This document shows positions 1 through 9,700 of a DNA stretch of 63,039 bases, piece by piece. The position numbers and the translations under genes were made by a program. The number at the start of each line of letters is the position of its first letter. Position 1 is the stretch's first letter. The notes under the pieces were generated by a model, which was not told where the DNA came from, made no database searches, and saw only the letters and a program-made list of their open reading frames with translations. This stretch comes from a virus (taxonomy: Duplodnaviria > Caudoviricetes). The stretch lies in the IMG/VR virus record IMGVR_UViG_3300033145_002283, positions 1-63,039 of that record. One strand, 5' to 3'.

Positions 1-114
1 ATTTTTCATCTAACAAACGTAATGTTGCAGATGTAACTGCTTTATGAAAAGCAAGCATTATTTCATTTTTGCCCCATCCAGTCTTTTTTGAAATCAAACT
101 TTCAAATTCTTCTT
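1..114. repeat. Terminal direct repeat, copy 1 (circular assembly overlap)
   Basis: Identical to 62926-63039; an ORF reads through the junction. Confidence 0.95.
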
Positions 115-142
115 TAATATATTCTATAAGCTTTTTATTCAT
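1..142 (-). CDS. Hypothetical 49-aa protein spanning the circular junction (continues 62925-62918)
   Basis: ATG at 142 with purine-rich leader; MNKKLIEYIKEEFESLISKKTGWGKNEIMLAFHKAVTSATLRLLDEKSV, stop at 62918-62920. Confidence 0.7.
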   Translation of the reverse strand, partial: MNKKLIEYIKEEFESLISKKTGWGKNEIMLAFHKAVTSATLRLLDEK

Positions 143-349
143 TTCCAGTTCCTTTTCTTTTCTCCTTTATTGTTGTACGTCACGCATTCCAGTAGTTTAC
201 AAAAGCGATAAAACCCTTGCCTTTTGCCCAAAAACGAAACAAAAAACATGCTATTTGGAGTTCGAAAGATATTCCGTTTGCTTTTAGAGAATGTATGGTA
301 AACCCAATTCCAAAACTTCGTACCAAGGCTAAAGTTATTTTGTAGGTTT

Positions 350-535
350 TCATTTTATCGTTGTGCTCTTAACTTTAGTTTTATACTCTGCATTAATTAT
401 GATATTCCCATCACAATTTTTATCAAGGTCTCCCATTAATAGCTGCCTTTCGTCGTTTTCTGTGATTGTATATATTAAAATATTAGTCTCATCAGGCACA
501 TTACTGAGATAGTTTTTTAATTGTATTGCGAGCAT
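350..535 (-). CDS. Hypothetical protein (MLAIQLKNYL...)
   Basis: ORF with AAGGTGG RBS; first 48 nt duplicated at 1230-1277. Confidence 0.6.
   Translation of the reverse strand: MLAIQLKNYLSNVPDETNILIYTITENDERQLLMGDLDKNCDGNIIINAEYKTKVKSTTIK
488..535. repeat. 48-bp perfect direct repeat, copy 1
   Basis: Identical to 1230-1277. Confidence 0.9.
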
Positions 536-609
536 GTAGCCACCTTTATTCAAATTTGCTAAAACATTGTTTTGCCCATTTATCAGATGAACTGTTTTAA
601 TTATATATA

Positions 610-879
610 TTATCCGAATAAAAATAATTCGACACGTTTTCGAACATAAGACACAAGTAAATCAAGCGTTTTGGCTAAATCTGCATATTGTTCATTTGTA
701 GGAAAAACAATGCTTTTTCCTTTGTATTTCGGGTGATGCTGCAAAGTATAATACATATTTCGTCCGTCTACGAACATTTGAGCATGTTGCCTTGCCTCTT
801 GTAAGTTTGATTTCATATTATTGCCTGTTATGAATTTATCCAAATGAAAAACCAGATAACAATGAGTTAAATGCAGCAT
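610..879 (-). CDS. Hypothetical protein (probable start MKSNLQ at ~816)
   Basis: ORF track; co-oriented with arm. Confidence 0.5.
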   Translation of the reverse strand: MLHLTHCYLVFHLDKFITGNNMKSNLQEARQHAQMFVDGRNMYYTLQHHPKYKGKSIVFPTNEQYADLAKTLDLLVSYVRKRVELFLFG

Positions 880-1042
880 AATCTAAGTCTATATAATCAT
901 TAACCCCATCAAAATCTAAAGCTTTACCACAATTTCGAAAATCAACCGGCTTGCCGATGTTCCGCCAGTCGGTCAAAATTACAGCCGTGATAATGATCCC
1001 CGAAATCAATCCGAAAACATAAGTTATTATTGTCAAAATCAT
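836..1042 (-). CDS. Small membrane protein, possibly chimeric
   Basis: N-terminal hydrophobic helix; GAGGGAG RBS; C-terminal ALDFDGVNDYI resembles the start of LamG-like domains. Confidence 0.5.
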   Translation of the reverse strand: MILTIITYVFGLISGIIITAVILTDWRNIGKPVDFRNCGKALDFDGVNDYIDLDYAAFNSLLSGFSFG

Positions 1043-1150
1043 TTCTCCCTCTTTGTAGCCTTGTTATAGCTGATTATTTCAGTAAGTCGCTTGATGAGAT
1101 ATCACTGTGTGTAATTCTCGCACGGGCATTCACCTCCACAGCCAGTCATC

Positions 1151-1174
1151 CGAATTGCAAGATCTTGCAATTCG
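1151..1174. repeat. 24-bp perfect palindrome
   Basis: CGAATTGCAAGATCTTGCAATTCG equals its own reverse complement. Confidence 0.9.
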
Positions 1175-1229
1175 TCTATCATATTGGCTGTGCTCCATTC
1201 AGTTTGTCTGCCAAGTCTTGCGCCACGGC

Positions 1230-1277
1230 CTCATCAGGCACATTACTGAGATAGTTTTTTAATTGTATTGCGAGCAT
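1230..1277. repeat. 48-bp perfect direct repeat, copy 2 (start of a truncated 32-aa ORF, 1179-1277)
   Basis: Identical to 488-535. Confidence 0.9.
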
Positions 1278-1286
1278 AAAATCACT

Positions 1287-1336
1287 TCCTAACAGTCCGT
1301 TATGCGCTACGCCGCCGGTGAGTTTTGGCGTTAGCT
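1287..1336 (+). mobile_element. Degenerate or chimeric integron attC-like site
   Basis: TCCTAAC...GTTAGCT core boxes; right arm CGCCGCCGGTGAG shared with the attC at 62498-62554; left arm does not pair. Confidence 0.55.
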
Positions 1337-1342
1337 GTAATT

Positions 1343-1684
1343 TTAAATTTTTCCTTTCATAATTGAAGGCCTGTATTTACGTAAATAAAATAGATCATAT
1401 TCGCTTGCAACAGACTCATTTAAACAACCAGATTCATCAAAAATAGATAGAGCTATTGTCGGTTGATCAAAATTTTCTATTAATCGAGCGCAAGCATAAA
1501 CAACGCCTTTTGTAAACCCGTTAATATCAATTTTTTTCTGAATTTTAGCTACTTCATCAACAGTTATTTGTTTCAACAAACGTTCTGGAATCATTATCCA
1601 ATCGTCGGCAGCTTTGCATGAATGAAAATATTTATTTGCTTCTTTTTTAATTCGTTCTATCATGATCATGTGTTTTGTATTCAT
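1343..1684 (-). CDS. Hypothetical protein (AT-rich)
   Basis: 113-aa ORF ending just before the attC-like site. Confidence 0.65.
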   Translation of the reverse strand: MNTKHMIMIERIKKEANKYFHSCKAADDWIMIPERLLKQITVDEVAKIQKKIDINGFTKGVVYACARLIENFDQPTIALSIFDESGCLNESVASEYDLFYLRKYRPSIMKGKI

Positions 1685-2034
1685 AATTGATCCTTCCGCT
1701 GTCGGCGTTTTTTAGCCCGGTTTTGGACGAACTCTGATATTTCCTTGTGGTAAGCGTTTTCCGGGATTTCTGCTCTCATGCTTGCGCAGGATATGGCTTT
1801 GAAAAAATCAGCCTTGGCCTGTGCAATAGCAGCAATGATATTTCCGGCCTGCCTGCAGGCCTCCCCGGCCATATTGTCTATAATTGAATTATAGACCCCG
1901 ATAAGGCTATTGTGGTAAGTTGTCCTGCGGTTCCTTGTTTCCTCACCATCTTTGTTGACCCCAATTTTCCACTCATGAAGTTTCCAGCAGAAGGAATCCT
2001 TGTCAATTTCAAAATAGTCATTGATTTTGATCAT
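1681..2034 (-). CDS. Hypothetical phage protein
   Basis: ATGA overlaps with both neighbours. Confidence 0.7.
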   Translation of the reverse strand: MIKINDYFEIDKDSFCWKLHEWKIGVNKDGEETRNRRTTYHNSLIGVYNSIIDNMAGEACRQAGNIIAAIAQAKADFFKAISCASMRAEIPENAYHKEISEFVQNRAKKRRQRKDQL

Positions 2035-2579
2035 CTACGCTTCCTTTTCTTATTGGTTTGTTTCCGGATCTTATCGGCCGTTGCTCCGGATTTACGATCA
2101 GCAATTCGTTTGCCAGCGGGTATGTCCTTAGGCTCTTTGGGACCGCTGAACCAGTTGCTCACGTGAAGCTGAACCAGCATCTCCAGTGCTTTCTTTTTGT
2201 GCTCCAGGGACGAAATGACATTGGAAAATACGTTCAACCGATATGTGGCCTCGTCATAATCCTGTTTGAATTTGCCGCCTTCACTGTCGTCCGCCCCCAT
2301 TAATGATAAGATGGTTTCATTGACCGCATCATTGGTGGCTTTGGGGATTCCAAATGTTTCCGGATGAGACCGGATTTCAAGACTGGTTTGAGCTTTCCAT
2401 AATTCCAGCTTGTCTTTTGCCCCCCGCTGATCCTCAGCGGCTTGCCGCTTCAAGTCGCTGTATTTAAAATACAATGACGGTTGCGCCAGCCATTCTTCTT
2501 CCAATAGATCAGGGTCAATAGCAATGTCTTTTTCGTATTCTTTCATTTTTTCTCCTTTTGTTATACCCCATAGCGTCAA
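2031..2579 (-). CDS. Putative UvsY-like recombination mediator (likely start 2546)
   Basis: Helical protein with DPDLLEEEWLAQPSLY and LEHKKKALEML motifs; genome also has RecA and a gp32-like SSB. Confidence 0.5.
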   Translation of the reverse strand: MTLWGITKGEKMKEYEKDIAIDPDLLEEEWLAQPSLYFKYSDLKRQAAEDQRGAKDKLELWKAQTSLEIRSHPETFGIPKATNDAVNETILSLMGADDSEGGKFKQDYDEATYRLNVFSNVISSLEHKKKALEMLVQLHVSNWFSGPKEPKDIPAGKRIADRKSGATADKIRKQTNKKRKRR

Positions 2580-2734
2580 ATTATTTTACTTTGCCGCAAA
2601 CCGTACACCTATATTCTTTCTGCCCGGATTTTTTGCCTAACTCGTTAAAGACTCGGTTACCTTTTCCATATCTCTTGTCCTGATATTCATTTTTGCAATC
2701 ACATTTCTTGATCATTTATTTCTCCTTTTATTAT

Positions 2735-2740
2735 ATTATA
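2735..2740 (-). promoter_or_regulatory. TTATAATA -10 element (similar at 4374, 12874, 16941, 19148, 58417)
   Basis: Recurrent intergenic motif shortly upstream of an RBS or start codon on the minus arm. Confidence 0.6.
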
Positions 2741-2764
2741 AAACAATTTTGAATAATTATTTTT

Positions 2765-3058
2765 TCAAAACATGTACCGTGTATAATGTAAGATTACATA
2801 CCTATCACCAGCCCGGATACCGTCTTCGTATAAATTACTGCCCAAATGACGGAATTGTTCAGACAGTTCATTACATATCAACCGTTTATTGGCCCTGTCT
2901 GTGTCTTTAATAAGATAAAAATACCCACTTGCCTTGCCAGACGTAATCAAAAGCGCCCTCCCATTATGTTCATGGGCCATCCAAGTTGCGTTGGAATCAA
3001 ATAGGTATCCTAATGTATCATTTGCTGGATCCTCTGTTACTACCCCAGATATACTCAT
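2765..3058 (-). CDS. Stand-alone paralog of a domain of tail protein 49967-50791
   Basis: DPANDTLGYL, HNGRALLITSG, DTDRANKRLIC and NLYEDGIRAGDRY align to the tail protein. Confidence 0.8.
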   Translation of the reverse strand: MSISGVVTEDPANDTLGYLFDSNATWMAHEHNGRALLITSGKASGYFYLIKDTDRANKRLICNELSEQFRHLGSNLYEDGIRAGDRYVILHYTRYMF

Positions 3059-3083
3059 TTTAATTGTCCTTTTTTTATGGTTA

Positions 3084-3272
3084 TTATTTTTTCAGAACAT
3101 ATGGATAATTTGAATTGTCTATTATGGGGCATTGGGCACATTTCCTTTCATATGCTAACTGGTATTTGGCCGCTTCTTCTTTGTAATACCTGACTTGCCG
3201 CTGTAGGTTGAATACTGTTGCTTGAGTGAAAAGTAGAGCGATTAACAAGATTATAATTATCGGTCCTTTCAT
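3084..3272 (-). CDS. Small membrane-anchored protein
   Basis: N-terminal hydrophobic helix, coiled coil, CxxC. Confidence 0.55.
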   Translation of the reverse strand: MKGPIIIILLIALLFTQATVFNLQRQVRYYKEEAAKYQLAYERKCAQCPIIDNSNYPYVLKK

Positions 3273-4192
3273 CCTTCAATCACCTCCAGACAGGCAAAAG
3301 CCAGGCCAGCCTGCCCATTGTAAAAATTAGGTTCCCGGAAACATTCAAAAATTAAGGCGAATATTGGATCTGGTTCGGGATTGTTCAGAATACAGGTCCG
3401 AACATATCCAATCACAGCCTGTCTCACCCGCTCAGGTTCTTCCTTCAACCCTTTCAATATCTTTGCAACATCAGACCACGCTGCCCGCTTTGCAAGCGCC
3501 CGGCAGAGATCAATTACCTGTTTGTTTTCAGATATTGACAGATTTTTGATTGCGTCATCTATTTCTTCCGGGTCGAGGTCAATGACCTGATCCAGAATTA
3601 CTAATGCTTGTCTTGGGCAGCCCTCAGATATTTCAGCGATTTTTTTAACGGCTGATTTGGGGATATCGTCAATACCTTCGCTATCTAATACTTCTACAAC
3701 AAGGCTTTCAAGCTGTCGCTCAGACAATTTTTCAACCTGGAAAATGGAACAACGATTTTTGATAGTCGTCAATAATTTCTGCGGGTCCGTGGTGCAGAGG
3801 ATAAAAAAGACATGCTTGGGGGTATCCTCTAATGCTTTCAACAATGAATTTTGGAAATCTCGTGTCCCCTGATGGACCTCATCAAGCAGATATACCCGGG
3901 AAGGCCCGTACATAGGAGACAATTGCATTTGTTTTATAATTTCCCGTGAAGTATCAATCCCCCTTGCATTTGATGCGTTTATTTCAATAAAGTCACTTCC
4001 TATGCACCCGACCAGGTCTTTAACAATCCGGGCCAATGTTGTCTTGCCACAACCGCTGGGACCGGTGAAGAGTATAGAATGAGGATAATCTTTTGATTCC
4101 CTATCAAAAATGGTTTTAAGTTTTTTGATTGTTTCTTTGTTGCCTATGACTTCTCCGAAATTTTTTGGCCGGTAATCTATGTGTAACGGCAT
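3269..4192 (-). CDS. dnaX: Clamp loader AAA+ ATPase, DnaX (gamma)-like
   Basis: YRPKNFGEVIG, Walker A GPSGCGKT, Walker B LLDEVH, LLKALED, NRC arginine finger; start moved to MPLHIDYRP. Confidence 0.9.
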   Translation of the reverse strand: MPLHIDYRPKNFGEVIGNKETIKKLKTIFDRESKDYPHSILFTGPSGCGKTTLARIVKDLVGCIGSDFIEINASNARGIDTSREIIKQMQLSPMYGPSRVYLLDEVHQGTRDFQNSLLKALEDTPKHVFFILCTTDPQKLLTTIKNRCSIFQVEKLSERQLESLVVEVLDSEGIDDIPKSAVKKIAEISEGCPRQALVILDQVIDLDPEEIDDAIKNLSISENKQVIDLCRALAKRAAWSDVAKILKGLKEEPERVRQAVIGYVRTCILNNPEPDPIFALIFECFREPNFYNGQAGLAFACLEVIEG

Positions 4193-4367
4193 TTCTTTTC
4201 CTCCTGGTTTTTGGTTTTGGTCTACGTGATGCTCGCTGATATTTTTTACAAGCCCTTGTCCACGAAAAGACGATATTGCCTGCAAGGCATTCGATCATCC
4301 CGCTGACTGTTTCTGCTCCGTCAATATATAGCTGGCATGTCTTGCAATATGTATTTTGTTGTGTCAT
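4116..4367 (-). CDS. Hypothetical Cys-rich basic protein
   Basis: CxxC...C...C; directly downstream of a TATAAT motif. Confidence 0.45.
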   Translation of the reverse strand: MTQQNTYCKTCQLYIDGAETVSGMIECLAGNIVFSWTRACKKYQRASRRPKPKTRRKRNAVTHRLPAKKFRRSHRQQRNNQKT

Positions 4368-4429
4368 GTCTTTATTATAAACAGATTTAGTAAAATATTT
4401 TATTGCCGCTAAAAAACTAAAAAAATAAG

Positions 4430-5383
4430 TTAGATCCCAAATGTTTTGGGCCTATTTTTAAGGCTTTTCAAATTTTTAACAGCAACATCATAATATGATT
4501 TTTTCAATTCGCATCCAATGAATTTACGCCCCATTTTTAATGATTCATACCCCTCTGAACCAATACCAGCGAATGGGGAAAAAACAACATCATTTTCATT
4601 AGACCATAATTCAAGACAACGTGCGATCGCATCTAATTGCAAAGGGCAAATATGTCGTTCGTCGTCTTTTTCTCTTGCCTGTCGGACATTCAACGTTCTG
4701 GTCTGGTTGATATCAAACCAGACAGGGGAGGCATATCTTCGCCATATGTTATGGCTATATTTATTCAGTCTTGGGTTATCATTTTTGGGAATATCTGGAT
4801 CAGGCATATCCCCAAAGTATCTTTCAAAACCCCGGCCGTGGCTTATGGACTCCGGATTTTCTCCTGGTTTGCGCATTGTAATGATATAATCCGGCAGGCC
4901 CATGGCGCATCTGGAACTGTCTTTTGATATCTGTTTGTGCGCAAGAGTTAATGCCTTTGTCCTGACTGCTGCCACAAGTGGATCCTTCCAAATACAGACT
5001 TCGGAATGAAAAATAAAACCGGCAGCCTGAAAAATGCGGATCAAATCTCCCCGAAAATCCTTGATTCCGATATATCCATCTTTGACAATCGAGCATTGTA
5101 TGTTGCTGCAATGAAACGAAACCAACCTGCCGGGCATTGTTATCCTGTACAATTCAGGAAGAAAATACTTAAAGTGCTCATAAAATTCCTTATCGCTCTT
5201 ACTATTGCCCATGTCTCGCTCTGAGTCAGAATATGTGAACAGTGAAGAAAACGGAGGTGAAAATATTGTATAATGGATTGAATTATCCGGCAATCCCTTT
5301 GTAATTGGAATGCAATCTCCATGATACATGGCCCAATTCTTGTGGATATCCTGATTAATTACTTTTACATTCAGTTTTTTCAT
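4430..5383 (-). CDS. DNA methyltransferase, N4/N6 beta class
   Basis: FSPPF motif IV, HICP, SPFAGIGS motif I. Confidence 0.88.
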   Translation of the reverse strand: MKKLNVKVINQDIHKNWAMYHGDCIPITKGLPDNSIHYTIFSPPFSSLFTYSDSERDMGNSKSDKEFYEHFKYFLPELYRITMPGRLVSFHCSNIQCSIVKDGYIGIKDFRGDLIRIFQAAGFIFHSEVCIWKDPLVAAVRTKALTLAHKQISKDSSRCAMGLPDYIITMRKPGENPESISHGRGFERYFGDMPDPDIPKNDNPRLNKYSHNIWRRYASPVWFDINQTRTLNVRQAREKDDERHICPLQLDAIARCLELWSNENDVVFSPFAGIGSEGYESLKMGRKFIGCELKKSYYDVAVKNLKSLKNRPKTFGI

Positions 5384-5386
5384 ATT

Positions 5387-6763
5387 TTATCCTTGTAATA
5401 AGAAATCCGGAATTTTCATTCCTGTTTTTGGTTTGTATCCGCTCATTTTCTGGGACGTATTTTCATCTTTGAAATTTTTCATTTTCATTTGTTTGACCAT
5501 ATTGGAATACATCTGGGCAGCATTTTTTTCCTTTCTTTCAATGTTTTTTACAACATTTCCTTCCCGTTCCCCGGTTATAACATAGACATTAACAGTTTCT
5601 TTTTGTCCAAACCGCCAGCACCGTCTTATTGCCTGATATAATTGTTCGTAACTGTAAGACAGCCCGACGAACGCCATGTTATGGCAATTTTGCCAGTTAA
5701 GCCCAAATCCTCCTATTCTGGGCTTGGTTACGATACATTTGATATTACCGTCCGAAAATGAAAGCATGGCTTTTTCTTTATGATCCTGGGAATTCGAACC
5801 TTTGACTTCAACAGACCCCTTGATCGATTTTGTAAGCCTTGCAGATTCTTCATCAAGATTGCACCACATAATAAATTGTTCGTCCGTGCTATTAGCAAGA
5901 TTGGCCGCTCTTTCCACTCGTTCAGGCAACGATTCTCGCATAGCTTGCCTGACTTCAGACAATGTCGCGGCATTTTCACCCAAAAGCCCTTTTTTAGGTC
6001 CATTATATGGCACGACTTCCGCAACCATATTTAATTCAGGCAGAATAAAATCACCATCGGGATACCCGATATCAGATGGCTTTCTCATCACCACCGCCCA
6101 CGAGCCGAGCCATTTCCAAAAAAGGTTATTTTTAACATGTCCCTTCAATCGCCATGTCCCGGTATGCCCAGTATCGTTGATGAAAAACATAGACAACATT
6201 TCAGTGCGTGTTATAACTCCAAGAAATTCAGCCGTGTTCCCCAATTCGGTATGGTCATTTGGTGCTGGGGTTGCGGTGCATGCCAATTTATATGGGGTGC
6301 CTCTAAAACAGTCAATTATCTGGTTTCTGATTTTTCCAGCAAAATTTTTGATGATAGAGCTTTCATCCAAAACAACTCCCCCGAATTCAGAGGCATGGAA
6401 CTTATCCAGTTTTTCGTAATTGGTGATATTTATGCCTATTTTGACATCAGATTGGTCACGGCAGATATTAACATCAATACCGAATTTAAGGCCTTCTCTT
6501 TTGGTCTGTTGTGATACAGCCAATGGCGCAAGGATCAAAACCGGTTTGCTGGTATGCCTGCAAACATTTTCGGCCCATACCAATTGTTGCAGCGTTTTCC
6601 CCAGCCCGCAGTCCTCAAACAGCGCTGATCTTCCTTTTTTAATCGCCCATATTGTTAAATCCTGTTGCCAGTCAAAGAGATTGTCGTTCAATTCATACGG
6701 TTCAAACCCATTAGGCATAGCTGCATATATTTTGTTTTTGAGATATTCTTCGTATTGTTTCAT
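5387..6763 (-). CDS. SNF2/DEAD-like helicase paired with the MTase
   Basis: DCGLGKT, LDESS, TATP, QAIRRCWRFGQ. Confidence 0.88.
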   Translation of the reverse strand: MKQYEEYLKNKIYAAMPNGFEPYELNDNLFDWQQDLTIWAIKKGRSALFEDCGLGKTLQQLVWAENVCRHTSKPVLILAPLAVSQQTKREGLKFGIDVNICRDQSDVKIGINITNYEKLDKFHASEFGGVVLDESSIIKNFAGKIRNQIIDCFRGTPYKLACTATPAPNDHTELGNTAEFLGVITRTEMLSMFFINDTGHTGTWRLKGHVKNNLFWKWLGSWAVVMRKPSDIGYPDGDFILPELNMVAEVVPYNGPKKGLLGENAATLSEVRQAMRESLPERVERAANLANSTDEQFIMWCNLDEESARLTKSIKGSVEVKGSNSQDHKEKAMLSFSDGNIKCIVTKPRIGGFGLNWQNCHNMAFVGLSYSYEQLYQAIRRCWRFGQKETVNVYVITGEREGNVVKNIERKEKNAAQMYSNMVKQMKMKNFKDENTSQKMSGYKPKTGMKIPDFLLQG

Positions 6764-6791
6764 ATAATCCGCCCCAAAAAATTATTTGGAT

Positions 6792-9700
6792 TTAAAATGG
6801 CACATCGTCAATGGTGTTTATAAAATTTGATATACCGTCCTTTAATATTTCTATCCGCCTTCTTCGGTCCCTCAATACCCATGAAGGGTGGACACACCAG
6901 CAGGCCACCATATCATATTCGGGTAAATATTGGGTTGTCCCGGATAATTTCGTTATCCCTCCTTTTTGCTCTGTGAATGCAGATAACCCAATATTGCCAA
7001 ACACCAGGGCTATCTTGCATTTTATAGCCGTCAGCTCCTTCCGGAGATACGGCATACAAGCTTTAATATGTTCAGGTTTGGGCGTACCAGTTTTTGACGG
7101 ATAGCATTTGCAAATATTTGAGATATGGAATTGTCTGCGACTATATCCGTACCGTTTGAAAATAGGCCATATTAATTGCCCGGATGCGCCCACAAACCCT
7201 TTCCCGGCTTCGTCTTCATCCGGACCGGGGGCCTCCCCAATAATGGCGGCATTATATATGCCCGGGGACGGATTGACCGGGGCATTGCATTCATTTCTTA
7301 ACCCGCATAATTTACAATCTCCAATAACCATTTTGGTTCTTATCCTAGAGATATAGGGCTGTTCAATCCATATTTTTTGCTCAACTGGCTGGAATAATCC
7401 CGGTTCAAAATATTCATCAAGAATATCCTGTTCTGGTACGGCTTTTTTATCGTGCGCCAGTATAATGTCCAATATCTTAGCGGTACCTTGCGGAACATTG
7501 ATCGGGGCATATTCACTGTCATCAAAAAACCCCGATAACTTTGCTTTTTTTGGCATGCAATTATACGCCGCCTTTTCGCCTATTCCTTTGATCTCTGTAA
7601 ATGGCGCATATAAAATACGATTATCAACCCGCCATTCAATAGCATCAGATATCCCTATTTTCGGAGACATCATCTGAAGCCCGGTTTCCCGGGCCTCGTT
7701 GGCAATATCTTCTTTACCAGTCCCATATGTGAGTTCAGCAGCCATAAATTCAGCCGGATAATGATATTTCAGCCATGCCGTCCAATACGATATCAGACCG
7801 TATTCTGTGGCGTGCGCTTTGTTAAATCCGTAACTGGCCCACTCCAAAAGCCCATGCCAAAATTCTTCTGCCCGTTTCCGGGAAAATGTTTTTTGGCGCA
7901 GGCACCCACAGATGAACATTTTTTTGTATTCTTCAAACGCTGACAGGTCCCGTTTTTTGGCAATTATTTTTCTGATTTTATCAGCAGTGGTTTCGGGTAA
8001 TCCGGCCAATTTAGAAATAACTGCCATGACCTGTTCCTGATAAACCAGCAGGCCATAGGTTTCTTTTGTAATCTCTTCATATATCGGATGGTCAGGCTCC
8101 CATCTGTCGCCTTTTTTTCTTTCAATATATTCTTCTGTCATTCCTGAGTAAAACGGCCCAGGTCGGACTAGGGCCAGTATGGCCGGGATATCAGCAAACT
8201 CATTGACTCCTACGTCCTGGCATAGTTTGGTTGATGGTTTGGCTGATAATTGAAAGACCCCCGCTGTTATCCCGTCAGAAAGCATTTTGAAGACATCTTT
8301 ATCATCTAACGGGATCTGGCTGAATTTGAAATCTTTTTTGCCGATCAATTTTTTGCATTGAGATAAGACAGACAATGTATTGAGGCCTAAAATATCCAAC
8401 TTCATCAGCCCACAATATTCACTGTCCTCCATGCTCCAATTGACCATAATACGATTTGACCGGACGGATAAATTGCATCTGTCAGTATAACGCAAATCAT
8501 CATTGGAAATGACAACTGCCGCCGCATGCTGGCCTGCTCCTCTGATTTGCCCTTTCAATTTCAGTGCATTGCGGGATACCTCCGGATATTGTTTTTTGAA
8601 ATCCTGCCCTTCATCCATTTCAAAAACCTTTTCAAGGGTATCCATATCATCCCGGAACGGCTGGATCGTTTTTGCGAACTCGTTTACCTCCTTGTACGGT
8701 ACTTCAAATACCCGCCCAACATCATGGATTATGCCCCGGTCTTTCATTCTCAGGAAAGTGGAGATCCCGGCTGTATTGTATTTACCATAGGTTTTTTCAA
8801 GATATTCAATTACCTGACCCCGTTTACGGTCTTCAAAATCAATATCAATATCCGGGTAATCCAGCCGGTCGTCAGAGATAAACCGGGAAAAATACAGGCC
8901 ATATTGGATGGGGTCTGTTTCTGTTATTCCTAAAATATAAGCAATCAGACTACCGCCGACACTGCCCCGGCCCGGGCCAACCATGATATCATTATCTCTG
9001 CACCAATGAATCAGATCAATCACGATTAAGAAATATCGTGAAAATCCTTTTCTGGAAATCAGATCAAATTCGTAATCATACCGGTTTTGGTATGCCTTTT
9101 GTTTTAACAATGAGGATCTGGGACTTGCTTCGATCAGCTTTTTAAGATTAAGGTCATCATCCGCTTTTAAATTAGGCGGCTCCGGCAGAGAGATATCTTG
9201 TTTGGGAACAACAAAATCAGCGCATTGCTCGGCAATCTTGATGGTTTTATCCATTGCCTTCTGTATGATGGTATCCGGCCAATGGTCCTGCTTCTCAAAC
9301 GCTCTGATCATTTCTTTTTCAGACCGCAGATGGAGGCCCCTGAACCCAAACTTGAATCTGTTTTGGTCACTCCATTTTGCCTTCCGGTTAATGGCCAGCA
9401 GGACTTCCTGCGCTTGCCAGTCTCCCCGGTTGATATAATGGCAATCATTGGTAGCGACAAAGGGCAAGTCGTATTCAAGACTTTTGATCAAGTCATGCTG
9501 TCTTTTTTGGGCTGGGATATTATGTGGCATGATTTCATAATAGCAATCCGTCTTGTCGCACAGATCGCATAAAAAATCCGGGCCTCCATCAAGATGTAAA
9601 AAAGATCCTGCGCAGGCAGTCATAAATATCAACCCGGATAAATCCAATTCCAAAACCGATTCAAAATCGGTCCGGGGCCTATGGTAAAATCCTTTCAGAT

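Noticed and set aside
1-114. Biological terminal repeat (packaging end)
   Set aside because: Falls mid-ORF and far from the terminase genes; best explained as assembler overlap of a circular contig
2765-3058. Diversity-generating retroelement template for the tail gene
   Set aside because: No reverse transcriptase; divergence is not adenine-specific and is too extensive at DNA level
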